DNA from: Octopus sinensis
Lineage: Eukaryota
Assembly (NCBI RefSeq): GCF_006345805.1
Contig: NC_043000.1
Coordinates: forward strand, 47,554,001-47,618,000
Direction of reading: 5' to 3'
DNA length: 64,000 nt
This document shows positions 38,060-52,334 of the stretch, in pieces. A program made the translations under genes and the position numbers. Each line of letters starts with the position of its first letter. Position 1 is the first letter of the stretch. The notes beneath the pieces are model-generated. The model saw only the letters and a list, made by a program, of their open reading frames with translations. It made no database searches and was not told the DNA's origin.

Positions 38060-39315
38060 GTCTTGCAAACAACTTGTACATGCAAGTGCTACCAGTTGAG
38101 AACTCCGCATACTGGAAGCCACAGCAAGTGTATGGGGTCATCAGGAGGGAATGTGCGCCATTTCGGGGCCTGCCTCTCAATGGTATCAATGTACACTGGC
38201 CCCACCCCCTTACTGATATGAGCCCCTGTTTACTAGATCAACTGGTTATTAAATAAAGCTCACTATTTCTCTAGCCATTGCTCATCGTCTCTTTTCAATG
38301 AAATCCAGTGGCAAGCCTTCTCCATTGTAGTTTGAATATCAGTGATGGTGATATTGACTTTACAATGAGTTATACCTAACGATAACAACAGTCATCTCAC
38401 ACTGTGTCCAACAAACCCTCTACATCCAACTTCGATTGGAAAATGCTCTGCTTTCCAGCCTGCTTCTTGACATTCCTCGAGGAGGTTTACATAACGATCA
38501 ATCTTTCAAGCCCAAGAGGTGTACATATTATCTTCATGAGGAACCATTAACTTGACTAGATTTACAACTTTCCTTCTTTCACACCACATCAGAATGTCTG
38601 GGTTTTTTTGTAACTGGGATGGGAAAGAATCTTTGGCACCCAGGTTAATTTGCAGTCACTTGTTCTTCTTGAAACGGATCTGCTTACCTGAGCACACGAA
38701 GGTAATGAAATCTCTAGTTGGTACTTTCAACAGTTTTTTCTCAGTGTTGTTGAGATGAATTTGGTTCTTTAGAGCATTGAAGATAACCTTAAGGACCAAG
38801 TTGTGTTTCCATGTATACCTGTTCAATGCTAATGAACAGTTGGTAAGAATAGGCTTCTGTGTTCTGACCTTTCCGCATTTGCATATGCCATTCACTGAGA
38901 CATTCCATCTTACTAGATTTGTAGATGATGGAAAAACATCATAGGATGACTGAATCAGAAAACTTCCACTTCCATATCTCATCCCAATTTATTTTCCTCT
39001 CAACAACATGTTCTTCCCGTCTCATCATCTGTCCTTGTTGAATAAATTGGATCAAATGAAGCTCTCTTCTCTCATTTTGATACTGTTGCTAACAACAGAT
39101 CAGTGTTCACTCTGTATCATACTCGCAAATAGTCTGAACTGATCTGCACCAAAACCAAGTCCTTTCTGATGGTTTTGCATTGCACCCATTATATCAGTCT
39201 CTGCTTTTCCTTTCCAATTCCTGGCTGTTTTCACCTCTGGTGGGTTATGCCTGATTTCCATGTTCTTCGATTCTCTCAGCATCATCACCATCCATATCTT
39301 CTGCAGTTTATATAT
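38060..39315 (-). mobile_element. RLE-type non-LTR retrotransposon 3' fragment (HERO-like) nested in the RTE
   Basis: YDVFPSSTNLVRW..CKCG...ILTNCSLALNRYTWKHNLVL zinc-knuckle region, PDILMW...LMVPHED, GWKAEHFPIEVGCRGFVG: PD-(D/E)xK restriction-like endonuclease. Confidence 0.85.
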
Positions 39316-39319
39316 TTCA

Positions 39320-40160
39320 AAATAAACACTGAAAATGTGCAGAAAACAACTTCTGTCATGTGCCAAGTGGAAAAACTAGAAGTAATTGATAGCTTCTGTT
39401 ACCTAGATGATCAAATCAGTTGCAGGAGTTGATGCTCTGAGAGTGTAGCTGCTAGAATAAGAATAGCTGAGCAAAGTCAGAGAGCTCCTACCTCTGCTGG
39501 GGACAAAGGGCCTCTCACTCAGAGTAAAAGGTAGACTGTATGACACATGTATGTGAACAGCCATGCTACATGGCAGTGAAACATGAGCCATGACTGCTGA
39601 GGACATGCGTAAGCTTGCAAGGAATGAAGCCAGTGTGCTCCATTGGATGTGTAATGTCAGTGTGTGCTCTGAGAGAAAGGTTAGCCATAAGAAGCATCAG
39701 ATTTGGTGTGCAAGAAAGACAACTGTGCTGGTATGGTTATGTGTCATGTATGGATGAGAATAGCTGTGTGAAAAAGTGTCACACACTAGCTGTAGAGGAA
39801 ACCTCTGGAAGAGGTAAACCCAGGAAGACCTGGGATGAAGTGGTGAAGCACGACCTTTGAACATTGGGACTCATGGAGGTGATGGCAAGTGACTGAGACC
39901 TTTGGAGATATGCTGTACTTGAAAAGACCTGGCGAGCCAAGTGAGACAGTAACTATGGCCTATGTCAGTGCAGCATAAACATCCCATTTAAGAGCACCCT
40001 TCAATCATTTGACAATAAACTGTGCTTGCGAAGACCTATTGAATCAAGTGAAGTCATTGTCATGGTCGATGACAGTACTGCCTGATTGGCACCCATGCCA
40101 GTGGCCCGTAAATATCACCATTCAAGCGTGATCATTGCCAGTGCTACCTAACTGACACCC
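39320..40160 (+). mobile_element. RTE LINE continuation (C-terminus and part of 3' UTR)
   Basis: KLEVIDSFCYL, WYGYV, RGKPRKTWDEVVKHDL; closely similar to 3535-4300. Confidence 0.92.
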
Positions 40161-41134
40161 TGAAAATGATCAGTCTATTGTGTGCACATAATGTATGTAT
40201 GTATGTATGTATGTATGTATGTATGTATGTATGTTTGTTTGTATGTATGTATGTATGTATGATGTATGTATAGAAACAGATATACTTGGTTCCTTTCAGT
40301 TTCTTTTCACCAAATGCACTAACAAAGATTTATTTAACGTGGGACTATAGTGGAAGACACAATAGTCTATGGTGCTATGCAGAGAGACTGAACCTGAAAA
40401 TTCGTGTGTGTGTGTGTGAGAGAGAGAGAGAGGGGGGAGAGGGAGTGAGAGATACTGTACAATGTGATGCTAAATCAATATAACTATTCTAGTGCTATGC
40501 AAAGTGGTTCAAGAACAACAAGTAAGTTTCTGGTGATTCTAATCTAAGATTTCAGTTTTGATTTCCAGTTGAAGTCCTTAAAGCCTTTTCATGTGTTGCT
40601 ATAGTTTGAAGAGGAAAGCATGACTGCTTCTCAAATCTACAATAAATCTCAAGTCTAGCATCCTTTTTAACCAATCAATAATTGGTTTTGCTTCATCTTA
40701 TAGGTAAGAGATCTGATTGCTAAGTGGATAAGTTATTGGACTATTTGCTTATGGGCTGTGAATTTCATTCTATTGTAATCCTTTCATTGTGTTACTCAGT
40801 TGATCGTTTTATTATACACTGCATCTGTGAAATAGCCATTGTAAATAGAAACAGGACTATTTGGGCAGAGTACATGCAAATAGAACAGTATTTTATTTAA
40901 AGACTATTTCATCTCTCATCTACATCGCACCAAAATTATGAAACTATCCTAGTTTTAAAAAGCATCCTTCATGCACATTGCATGTATACACATAGAAAGA
41001 GACACACACATATATAAGTATATGTGTATGTTTGATTGAATATATATATACATATGTGTACATATATATGTATACAAACAGATACATATATTAATATAAA
41101 TATAAATATAAATATTTATATATGTATATATATA

Positions 41135-41643
41135 CTAGCAGTATCGCCCGGCGTTGCTCGGGTTTGTAAGGGAAATAACTATATAAGCATTTTTAGAGAG
41201 TTAATTCCCTTATAGATGCCAATTCGGGCTTTCTTAGCCATTTCTGTTTTGGTGTCTTCAAGCCATGAAGTCGTTGTTCTAAAAGGACGCTGGTCTCCTT
41301 GACAACGCATTACGAAGTTGATTTCTTTACACTCCCTTCCCCACAGCTTCACGAGGGAGGGAAGGGGGAGAAGCAAACAGGTGCAGCTGTGAGCGTGGAC
41401 GCCAACTCCGCCGCCATCGACACATGATGCATTTTATGCATTAAAATGGAATAAAAAATGATGTTAAATTATTTTTAAAATTGTAGACTCATCGTTGATG
41501 CGCGCTAATAGTCAGACGGGCTCGATATGAATCACGACTATAAGATACCCGAATTTGGTTAAACTGCACCGCAAAATGTGGGAGGAGTTAGGAATCTAAA
41601 TCGAAGGGGACAGACACTCACACAACTAGAGTTTTATATATAT

Positions 41644-41646
<3 letters not shown>
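41135..41646 (-). mobile_element. Complete non-autonomous Helitron (512 bp)
   Basis: Minus strand A|TCTATATATATAAAAC...CCCGAGCAACGCCGGG-CGATACTG-CTAG|T: 5' TC, subterminal hairpin, 3' CTAG, inserted between A and T with no TSD. Confidence 0.92.
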
Positions 41647-41671
<25 letters not shown>

Positions 41672-41676
<5 letters not shown>

Positions 41677-41787
41677 ATGAGAAAATAGAGAGGTAATTAA
41701 TGAATTATTATTTATTAACTAAAATTTGTCAATGTTTTAATTAATAAATAATAATTTATTAATTACCTCTCTATTTTCTCATCTTAT
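41672..41787. repeat. AT-rich hairpin with ~47-bp arms
   Basis: ATAAGATGAGAAAATAGAGAGGTAATTAAT... / ...ATTAATTACCTCTCTATTTTCTCATCTTAT. Confidence 0.92.
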
Positions 41788-41809
41788 TACAATAAATCTG
41801 ATGAAATAA

Positions 41810-42188
41810 AGAAGCTTACTTCCCAACCACATGGTTCTGAGTTCAATCCCACTGCATGGCACCTTGGGCAAGTGTCTTCTACTACAGACACAGGCCAGCC
41901 AAAACCTTGTGAGTGGATTTGGTAGAAACTGAAAGAAGCCCATCGTATACATATGTGTGAGTGTGTGTTTGTATGTGTGTGTGTATGTGCTTGTGTTTAT
42001 GATTGTTACTCCACCATTGCTTGACAACAGATGTTGATGTGCTTGCATCCTGTAACTCAGAGGTTTGGCAATAGGTTTCAAAAAGGAAATACTGGGGTCG
42101 ATTCATTCAACTAAAAATTTAAGGCAATGCCCCCAGTATGGCTGCAGCCTCATGTCGAAGACAAGTAAAATAGGAAAAAGACAAAAGA
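41810..42188 (+). mobile_element. SINE family A
   Basis: Same head, core and tail as 5390-5786. Confidence 0.88.
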
Positions 42189-42299
42189 TATGAGAATTCT
42201 TCCAAACAGACTTGGCAAAGATTCATCACTTGCATGAAACAGAACTGGATTAAAACCCTTGATACACAGGAATAAACACTTCGAGAAGCACATAACATA

Positions 42300-43500
42300 T
42301 TCAAAAAGATCTGAAAACTCAAACATTTCAACAGACCATACAAAATAAAACATTATGATTTAAGAACAAAAAGCTTTGGAATATCTACAGAAAGATTCAT
42401 CTATAGTCATTAAAGAAGTCAAAAGAGGAGAAGCCATTATAATAATGGACAAAACCTATTACAGGGAAATGGTTTAGAACAACTAAATGACCACATTTTC
42501 TTGTTCAAAATATTTGAAACTAATGTAGATAAATAAGCAATGAATAAAATTGAAAAAAAATAATGGACAAATTAAAAATGACTTGCTAGAAAGTGTTGGA
42601 TTACGTCACTAATTTTGAGGTAAAAACTAGTAATTTTTATGGACGTCCAAAAAATCTATAACTCTAAAGAAATCAATAACAGCTTAATAAGATCTCCTTA
42701 CACCATATGTAAAGATTCCCAAACCAGCTGGTCTAAAATTACGTCCAATTGTTGCAGAACCAGCAGAAACCTTTGTGCAAATTGGGCTCTGGTTTCATCA
42801 AAGATGACATAAACTTCCTAAACCTTATTCCCGAAAGATTAGATAAATAGAAGATTATAGGTAGCTTTGATGTAACTGGTCTGTGTAAAAATATCCCCCC
42901 CATGGATTAGGATAAGGAGCAGTTGATAGACAAATACTCAGAACGAATTCAAGAGAAATTGCCACAAGAATTTATGCTTGAAGGACTGCAGTTAGTACTA
43001 GAAAACAACAAACACTTTGACAACTGATATTACCTACAAATACAAAGCATTGCAATGGGGATGGAAGTTGCACCGACATTTGTAACTCTAGTAATGGAAA
43101 ACTTGGAACCAAAAAAATCTATACCCTGCTAGAATTACTTTTCATTGTCATTTCCAAACCTATTTGATAGGAAACTGTAAAAGATTCTCGAATGACTGCT
43201 TCATAATTTGGAATGAAACTAAGGAAGGTGGATCTTCTATGATTCCTTAAATTAATAAACAACATTTGTAAATCGATCCAGTTCGCTATGGAAATGAATG
43301 AAAGGGAATTCCCTTTTCTGAACATTGTAATAATTAAAGAAAATGAGATAATTACAATTGATCTCTATGACAAGGACACAGACATACACCAATATTTAGA
43401 TTTTAGATTTTTCCACCCTTTCCATACCAAAAGGAACATACCATTCAATGTGGCAAGACATATATGCTCAATAATTCAGATACCAATAGATGATTGAAAC
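42300..43500 (+). mobile_element. Penelope-like element reverse-transcriptase pseudogene
   Basis: IMDKTYY, TSNFYGRPK, LKLRPIVA, SFDVTGLCKNIP, LENN, AMG.EVAPTF, KRFSNDCFIIW, IQFAME..FPFLNI, KDTDIHQYLDF..HPFHTKRNIPF. Confidence 0.88.
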
Positions 43501-43985
43501 GATTGATAGAACTAAATATGTTCGTTCAGAAACAAATACCCAAAGAAGCCATAGTGTAAAAGAAATACCGATCTCTGCTTTATGGAGAAACACTGAGCAG
43601 GAATGCAAAAATACAAATACAAACATTCTATTAACGTGTTTGAAAAGTGAAATAATGAAAACACTTACATGCAAAATACACGATAGACTCAAAATATACA
43701 TTAAATGCAAATTTCTGCCACAAAGCCTAGTGATGCTCTGTCAAATAAAAATTTTTTTAATAATTTATAACTTTTTAAAAAAAACATTGTTTTAATTATT
43801 CCACAATGTTCATCTAGCAAATTCATTCACAAGGCACTAGTTGGTTTTGAGCTATAGTAGATGACACCCAAGGTGCCATGTAGTTGGATTGAATCCCAAA
43901 CCATTCATTCCATAGCAAATTTATGAATGCTCTTTATTAATTTAAGGAATCTTGCAAGTACAGTTCTATATTTAAGAAATGAGGA

Positions 43986-44226
43986 ATTATGTACATTATT
44001 TACATTTGATGGCTATTTGCCCTCATCTTGTTTGTTGTTAACACGTTTTGGCTGATATACCCTCCAGCCTACTTCAGGTGCCTTGGGGAAATTTCGAACC
44101 TGGGTTCTCATTCCAAAAGATTTCCCCAAGACACCTGAAGAAGGCTGGAGGGTATATCAGCTGAAACGTGTTAACAACAAAGATGATGAGGACAAATATC
44201 CATTGAATGTAAATAATGTAAATAAT
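43986..44226. repeat. Inverted repeat (~107-bp arms) carrying hammerhead-like cores; PLE terminal-type sequence
   Basis: 43986-44092 versus 44120-44226; GACAC-CTGAAGA-AGGCTG...CAGCT-GAAA-CGTGTT in the right arm. Confidence 0.85.
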
Positions 44227-44335
44227 GAATCTTACAAGGTCCACCTTCATTGATTTCATTCCAAAACATGAAGCAGTCATCCAAGAATCTTTTACAGTTT
44301 CCTATCAAATAGGTTTGGAAATGATGATCAAAAAT
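44227..44335 (-). mobile_element. Inverted fragment of the PLE RT
   Basis: Reverse complement of ~43140-43250. Confidence 0.85.
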
Positions 44336-44893
44336 TGCACAGCAACCTTCTTAACAACACAACCTGAAAAATATAAATTAATATTGTTGATTAGATCCAG
44401 GCCAGCCCTGACTGAACAGAACTATGGTAGAGATATTTCAGCTATAACCATCTCTTTTGCTTATATGTCCAAAATTACATCATCCAGTTTTGTTGTTTGA
44501 TACGATGATAGACTTTGATTTGAAGGATTGTGGTTCATATTTATAACCAGTTAACTGACTACAATGAGGTACCCACATCATCTCACAGATGCTGATTGTA
44601 ATTTCTACGGTAGTGCTCTTGTATGGCCTTGACTAACTGGTTGGAAACAGTAAAAGCATGAATAGGACTAACACACAGAAAATGTAATGTTTAAAATGCT
44701 TTTGATAAGAATATTTCTCCTGGTATACATAAATGGAAATACTGAAAAGACAAACAACAGAAATGTTATTTATTTACAAAAGGGTAGAATTCAGAATGCA
44801 AACAACTAACTTATATCTGTTATATTATGTTAGGTTTATTATATACCCAGAAAATGTAGCACATTTCATACATACATACATACATACATATAT

Positions 44894-44967
<74 letters not shown>

Positions 44968-45574
44968 GTATATATATATATGATAACCAACTAAAGTCTT
45001 TGGTTTATAATTCAGGTTTGACTTGTGGTTATAGTTTTAGGTTCTGGTTCTGGTTTGTAATTCTGCCAAGCGTAACCTAGCATTCATTTCCTCTGGGATG
45101 GATACAATATGTATTAGTAACATATATGAGGATAAATTAAATAACTGGAGTTGGTTATTTTGTTGGGATTGAATATATTTTCTCTTTTGTTTCTCAACAA
45201 CCTCAACAAAAACATTAAAAGAAAATAATATACATATGCATATACTATTTTATATATGTAATTGTGTGTGAATGAGTGTGTGTGTGTGTGTGTACATACA
45301 GGAATACATACATATATGTATGTATTTATATATACCCAAACACTCCTAACATTGAATCATAAGTGAATTTCTGTGCAGAATAAGCTCCACTGTATTGTGA
45401 ATTTTTTTTTTTTTCTCACACAAAAACGAGGAGACATTAAAAGCAGAAATACTGAAAAGGTTATTTTATTATTATACCTTCTGTCTAGCATTTTGTTTCC
45501 AAATACAGCCTTTTATCTCTCTTGAGTACTTCATCAAACAAATTGAAATACATGTAAAAAAAAAATGAAATAAC

Positions 45575-45621
<47 letters not shown>

Positions 45622-45835
45622 TAATAATAATAATAATAATAACGAAAACACAAACAAAACACCAAAAAAAAAAGCATGGAAGAGATATCATATCAGTTTA
45701 GGAATGGATTGTAATTAAATTCAAATACTCTTTGTATGTATGTAGTCATTCATGTATGGTTTGTATGTAAGATATATGCATGCATGTGTGTCAGAGTGTG
45801 TAAGAATATATGTATGTAGTGCGTGTCGACGATTG

Positions 45836-45866
<31 letters not shown>

Positions 45867-45964
45867 GTATCATATATATATATATGAATTTATGTACATA
45901 TGTCTGAATGCATGTCTATATTATATTATAGTATATATATATATATATATAATATATATATAGA

Positions 45965-45996
<32 letters not shown>

Positions 45997-46452
45997 ATAA
46001 ATACCAGAATACATGTTTACATATATGCATGTATAATATTTACATCAGGATTTTTGTCATGTTTTCCTTGATTCCTCTCCAGCTGATAAATTGTATTCTT
46101 CTGCTTTTATCTATATATACATACTCCCAAATACATATACATATAAGGAGGTCTATAAATACCTAAATGCTTTACATACACACACACATATATGTGTGTG
46201 TAAGTATATATGTATAGATATATCTATCTATATACACATCTGTATATATATATATGCATATATATATATGTATGTATATACATATATATGCATATATATA
46301 CATATATATATATAAGGATACATATATATATGTGTGTGTATATATACATATATGTATATAAATATATATATACATACAATATATGTATATATATTCATAT
46401 ATACATGTTATGTATCTATACATATGTATGTGTACATATCCATATATAAGAA

Positions 46453-46493
<41 letters not shown>

Positions 46494-47564
46494 CAAACAT
46501 ATACATATATACACACACATATATATATATACATACACACAAATATGCATGCGTGTGTGTGTATGAGTGTGTTTATGTGTGTGCGTGTGTGCACGCAAGC
46601 GTGTGCATGTGTGTTTCGGAGTGAACATGCATGAAAGTGTGTTCTATAATATATATGTTATGTATTCAGACATTTAGTTTCAAGTTCGGTAATAATAGCA
46701 TTTTTAACAAATTAAAAAGAAATAAATACTTCTACGATGGTTGTTTAATGTTTTATCTGACAAAAGAACATTGCAGCGATATCAGAAATCAATGCATCAC
46801 ATTGGGTTAACATTTGGCTTTTATCTTTCTACATACAGAAGTCTTTATTATCAATTTTGTTTTTATCTTTTATTTTTAACATTATTCTTTTTATATCCAA
46901 TATTCTTCTTGAAGTTTAAAATTATTGGTAGTTGCTGCTGTTATTACTTGTCTTGGCAATAACTGTTGCAATTTAGGTCAGAGAGACCTTCTTCATTCGT
47001 TAGTTAGATAGCTGTGTGGTTAGCTAGTTACTATTTCTATTAAGGGTTTATTTGTTTGTTTGTTTGTTTATTTATACATTTATTTATTTATTTTGTTCAT
47101 GACTGTTCACCTCATTGCATTAATTGCTTTTTGTATTTCTCTGTTTATCTGTTTCACACATTGGCATGCCGCCATGTTGAGGCAGTGCCCCTTCAATTGT
47201 ATAGTCTATTAAATTGAACCCCTGTTTGTAATTTTCAGTCTGGTACTTGTTTTGTTGTATGAGTCAGATTTGTTTTACCAAACTGATAAGAGGTGCAAAG
47301 AAAGTAAACAAAACAACACCATTTCTTAAATAAGTCACAAAACCAACACATAGAAACACACGCATACTTAAATATATATATATATATTAGTGCCAGTGGC
47401 ATGTAAAAGCACCCACTACACTCTCAGAGTGGTCGGCATTAGGAATGGCATCCAGCTGTAGAAACTCTGCTAGATCAAGAATGGAGCCTGGTGCAGCCAT
47501 TCTGATTCGCCAGCCCTCAGTCAAATCGTCCAACTCATGCTAGCATGGAAAGCGGACGTTAAAC

Positions 47565-47668
<104 letters not shown>

Positions 47669-47879
47669 CAAGTAGAGTGTAAAGTTTGGGTATTTCAAGG
47701 AAAGCACTCAACCTGAATACTGGGCTACCAACACAATTGGGTTCCTAGTCAAAGCTGGAATTCTTCAGGTGTAGAAAATCCAAGTTTCACAATTATATCA
47801 TAAAATGGGTTTGGCGAAGAGTCCAATGTAAAGAAGAAGACAAAGAAGATAAAGATGTGTTTTAAAGAATACACGTGAA

Positions 47880-48190
47880 AGCACATGGCTCAGTGGTTAG
47901 AGTGTCGAAATTATGACCATGAGGTAGTTAGTTCGACTCCCGGACCAGGCTACTTGTTGTGTTCTTGAGCAAGACACTTTATTTCACGTTGCTCCAGTTC
48001 TCTCACCTGTAGAAATGAGTTGTGATGTCATTGGTGCCAAGGTGTATCGGCCTTTGCCTTTCCCTTAGATAACATCGGTGGCATGGAGAGGAGAGGCTGG
48101 TATGCATGGGTGACTGCTGGTCTTTCATAAGCAACCTTGCATGGACTTGTGCCTCATAGGGTAACTTTATAGGTGCAATCCCATGGTCAT
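47880..48190 (+). mobile_element. tRNA-derived SINE family C
   Basis: TGGCTCAGTGGTTAGAG A-box, AGTTCGACTCC B-box, GTGTTCTTGAGCAAGACACTT core. Confidence 0.85.
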
Positions 48191-49033
48191 ACATATATAT
48201 ACACACATTTTTATTTGTATTAAGATAGATAGATAGAGAGTGAGAGAGAGAGAGATGGAGAGAGAGAGAGAGAGATTGGCAGGCAGACAGACAGGTAGAT
48301 AGATAGAGATATAAATATAAATATTTATACATACAAAAGTTTTCTATACAGTTTACATTTACTATATTTAATCACTAGTCATTGGTCAACCCAGGACGAT
48401 AGTAGAAGTCATTCATTCCTCAAAGGGCTTCACAGCATCTAAGTATTAATTTACATCATCATCATCATCACCATCGTTTAACGTCTGCTTTCCATGCTAG
48501 CATGGGTTGGACGATTTTGACTGATGGCTGGTGACCCAAATGGCTGCACCAGGCTCAAGGAAGTGAATTCAGAAAGTCATTTATATATTGTATAGAATGT
48601 CTTATGATACTTAATCAATTTATTAGGTTAAATGTTTATATAAGCAGAGCTATATATTGGGTTAAGCAGTTTTCTTAGTAACTATGGAGTTCACAGGATT
48701 AATTCTAACCTATGCAGGTTTGAACAAGTAGCTTCTGCCATAGCCAATACTTTGCTGGTTGAAAATATCAGAAGTCCATCATACACACACATACGCATGC
48801 ACACACACATATTTATCTGTTTATCTGTTTTAATGCAAGATGGAGATGAACACCAATGTTCCATATGGCAGACTTGATAATTGTTAAGAGATATCTTTCT
48901 TAACATGTGACCAATGGTAACCTTAACTCATAAATAAGGAATTTTTAGCTGCCAGTGCAGTGTTGTGCACTTGTTCACATTCTTCAATATTAACAGCTTA
49001 CATATATACATAATATTATATATATATATATAT

Positions 49034-49079
<46 letters not shown>

Positions 49080-49192
49080 AATATATATGTATGTATATAT
49101 ATATATTATGTATGTATATATATATATATATGTGTATATATATATATATTGTTATAATATATATAGTATATATATGTATATATATATATATG

Positions 49193-49231
<39 letters not shown>

Positions 49232-49295
49232 GTAGTATATATATATTATATATGTATATGTATATATATATATGTATATGTATATATGTACATGC

Positions 49296-49326
<31 letters not shown>

Positions 49327-49779
49327 ATACTACATATGTGGAAAATTGGTGTGTGTTTGTTTGTGGCGTTGTTAGCTAACTCCTCCAACAACGTTTTATT
49401 GATTTTGATAGAACTCATTTTTGGAAACCTCGTGACATACTTAGATTGTTGAAAAAATTGATAATACGGCCCCTGGAAGGGATGTTTATATCTACCTCAT
49501 ATAACTATTTATCTTTAAACACCCAAGGGAAATAACCCATACCACCTGCAGATTTTAGCAAAGCAATCAATATTTGATTCTCACGGTCACCCAACCTAAT
49601 TCTGCATTCCACTACTCACAGTTTTGAACTGCTAATCATTATTATTGCACTTCCTTAATTTGAATCTTATACCTAAAGACTTCATTCATACATTTCTATA
49701 CATATATACTTTTTTGAATGCCCATTACCCTGATAATTCTGCATTTTTACAGTTACGATTTTTCCATGACAGTAGATAA

Positions 49780-50165
49780 ATTTTTTATTCCACAACCTAA
49801 TTATAGTGACAATCTTTCTCACCAATCTCTGAAAACCCCTCTTGCCAACTTCCAACAATCTCTCCCTCTCTCTATATATATATATTGTCCATCCGAAAAT
49901 ATCTCTTTGTCCCAAAACAGATCAAAGAGGAAAAGGATCCCATTACCTTTAAATGGAATCTGGACAAATTTCTTCAAGGAATATCAGATAAACCACCTAC
50001 ACATGGATATAACTTGACAAGAACTCCCTACTCAGATGGCCCATGATACCACAAAACTTGACTTTAAAAGGATTTAGATAATCCTATCAGGGGGTGCTAT
50101 TAAATTAGACATGGCCTGGACCACTCTTTGGTCAAAACATATCTAAGTTTTCTAAGTTTTAAGTT
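49780..50165 (+). mobile_element. CR1-like LINE 3' end
   Basis: FKWNLDKFLQGISDKPPTHGY resembles a CR1 ORF2 C-terminus; short UTR ending in (CTAAGTTTT)n. Confidence 0.65.
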
Positions 50166-50233
50166 TATTTATATATATATATATATATAATATATATATA
50201 TATATTATATATATATATATTATATATTAATAT

Positions 50234-50274
<41 letters not shown>

Positions 50275-52334
50275 TACATTCAAATATGTGTGTGTGTAAA
50301 TATATATATAATATATATATATAATAGTCATAAAATACAGTGTACATTTAAACTCATAAGGAATCCATTCATGGGATTCAACATGCTAGAAAGAAGAGCT
50401 AGGTTCTATAAATCACAAAATAAGAGATAAAATTCGACAAGAACGAAATGTAAAACTAAAAACATTTTACCATCTAGTTTCCTGAACCAATTGGTTTCTG
50501 ATTTTAGTTTAGCAAGTAAATAACATTTACCCGCTAGGGGAAACATTTATATATAAGGTGCCAGTTCGCCACCTTATATATATAAGAAGCAAACTTCTTG
50601 TCGCACAACCATGCCTATGCCTTATAGATGTCTATTACCTATTTGATTAAACATATATTAACAATGCGAACATGAGTATATAATGGGCCCCCTATCACTT
50701 GCAATGACATATATTCAATCATTTAATAAACTGATCAACTTATTCATTAATTTAACATGTAAGTGAGTATTTCTGAGACATATACCTATAAATTCATTTA
50801 TAAACTGAATCAGCATGACACAATATATAACTTAGTTGTCACATTTACCTTTGAATTACCATTACAAGCCATTTGACAGGCTTCATACAGATTTGCTCAC
50901 CAAATTACAATCACAAAGCACAGATTGTTTATTATTAAGTGTCATGATCCAGATTCTGAGGAAACTTCGAGGTAACTTGCATGGCTTGGTAGCAGTATGC
51001 ACTATGTCCCCACTATTGTTTTACATACCCATGTATAATCTTGAGAAGATATAGATATCTTCTCAAACCAGAGAAAGCTTAAAATCCTCACAGCTGGCAT
51101 AAGAGAGGGTTGGTTGAACATGTGCTCTTGTACTTTTATTTATATGTATGTCTATTGGACCCTGAAAAAGAACGAAAGCAAATTAAATCTCAGTAGGGTG
51201 TGAGCCAATACTGCAAGATATTTTCTTCAATTCTAGCAATTTCACCCCAAAACTATTCTAACTGTGTGCTTTATTTTATCAAACCCAGAAAGATAAAATA
51301 CAGCAGTTAACCTCACTGGTATTTAAACTTTGAAGTGAAACAAATAACTCATAAAATTCGACCCAATGGTCTAACAACTATGCCAATTCAGTTTCTTGTT
51401 TAATTAGGATAAATGCGTTCAGAAGCAGTGGGTAAGTTTTTGTACATAGACAAGAAGAGAGATTTGATGTCTCAGTGGAAAGGTTGGGTGAGTTACTCTT
51501 CGTGTGGGAGAAGGAGCAAAATTATTTTGATATCATCTCTAATGAAAGGACAAGCTCAAAATATCTGATTGAAAATGATGACCGAATTTATTATTTCCAA
51601 AAATATAGACACTACTTAGTTAACTAGTTTGTTATATCAGTTATTTAGATGTCCTATATTTAATTTTTGTAGTTTAAAATAATGGCTTAATATATATAAG
51701 TTTATCAATTAAAAAAGACTATCAAGTTTCACTGTGATTTCTCTTTCCTTTTCATTTTACTCAGTTTGACATAACATATCTGGTAACAGAAAAACAAGCT
51801 AACAAAAAAAAAACACAAAAAAAACTAACAATTAAAAATAAAATAATGCACTCTCACCTACTTTTGAATCATTGATTTCCTCTACCTCTGTCTGCCACTC
51901 ATACACACTGCACAGCAAGATCAAATAAAAAATAAAAAGCAAACAATAAAGAAGGAAATAAAAAAAGAAAGTATATCAAAAGAAATTATGTAGATAAAAC
52001 AGGCTGACTGCAGTCTGATATATCGAAGTGTTTAAATTGTATATACAAACATGCATATAAATAAAACATAAAATAATCATACCCACACACACACACACAC
52101 ACCACCACCACCACCACACCACACATTTATATGTACATACATGAATATATATGTATATGCAAACACACATATGCATAGATATACATACAGCATAGTCACA
52201 CATATGTAACACAGAGAGCTGAAAATGTTGGATTAACTGATATCAGCTAAGGAATTAGGAGGCATAAACGCCCTCTATGACTGTCTAAAGTCTAAAAAGT
52301 GACAGGCATGGGAGGTAATACCCACTAAAAAGCA

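Noticed and set aside
38130-38210. GAAA and CTGATGA motifs in the HERO-like 3' UTR (minus strand)
   Set aside because: Stems I and II cannot be formed in any hammerhead topology
49335-49560. Helitron-like 5' region
   Set aside because: No hairpin-CTAG 3' end found
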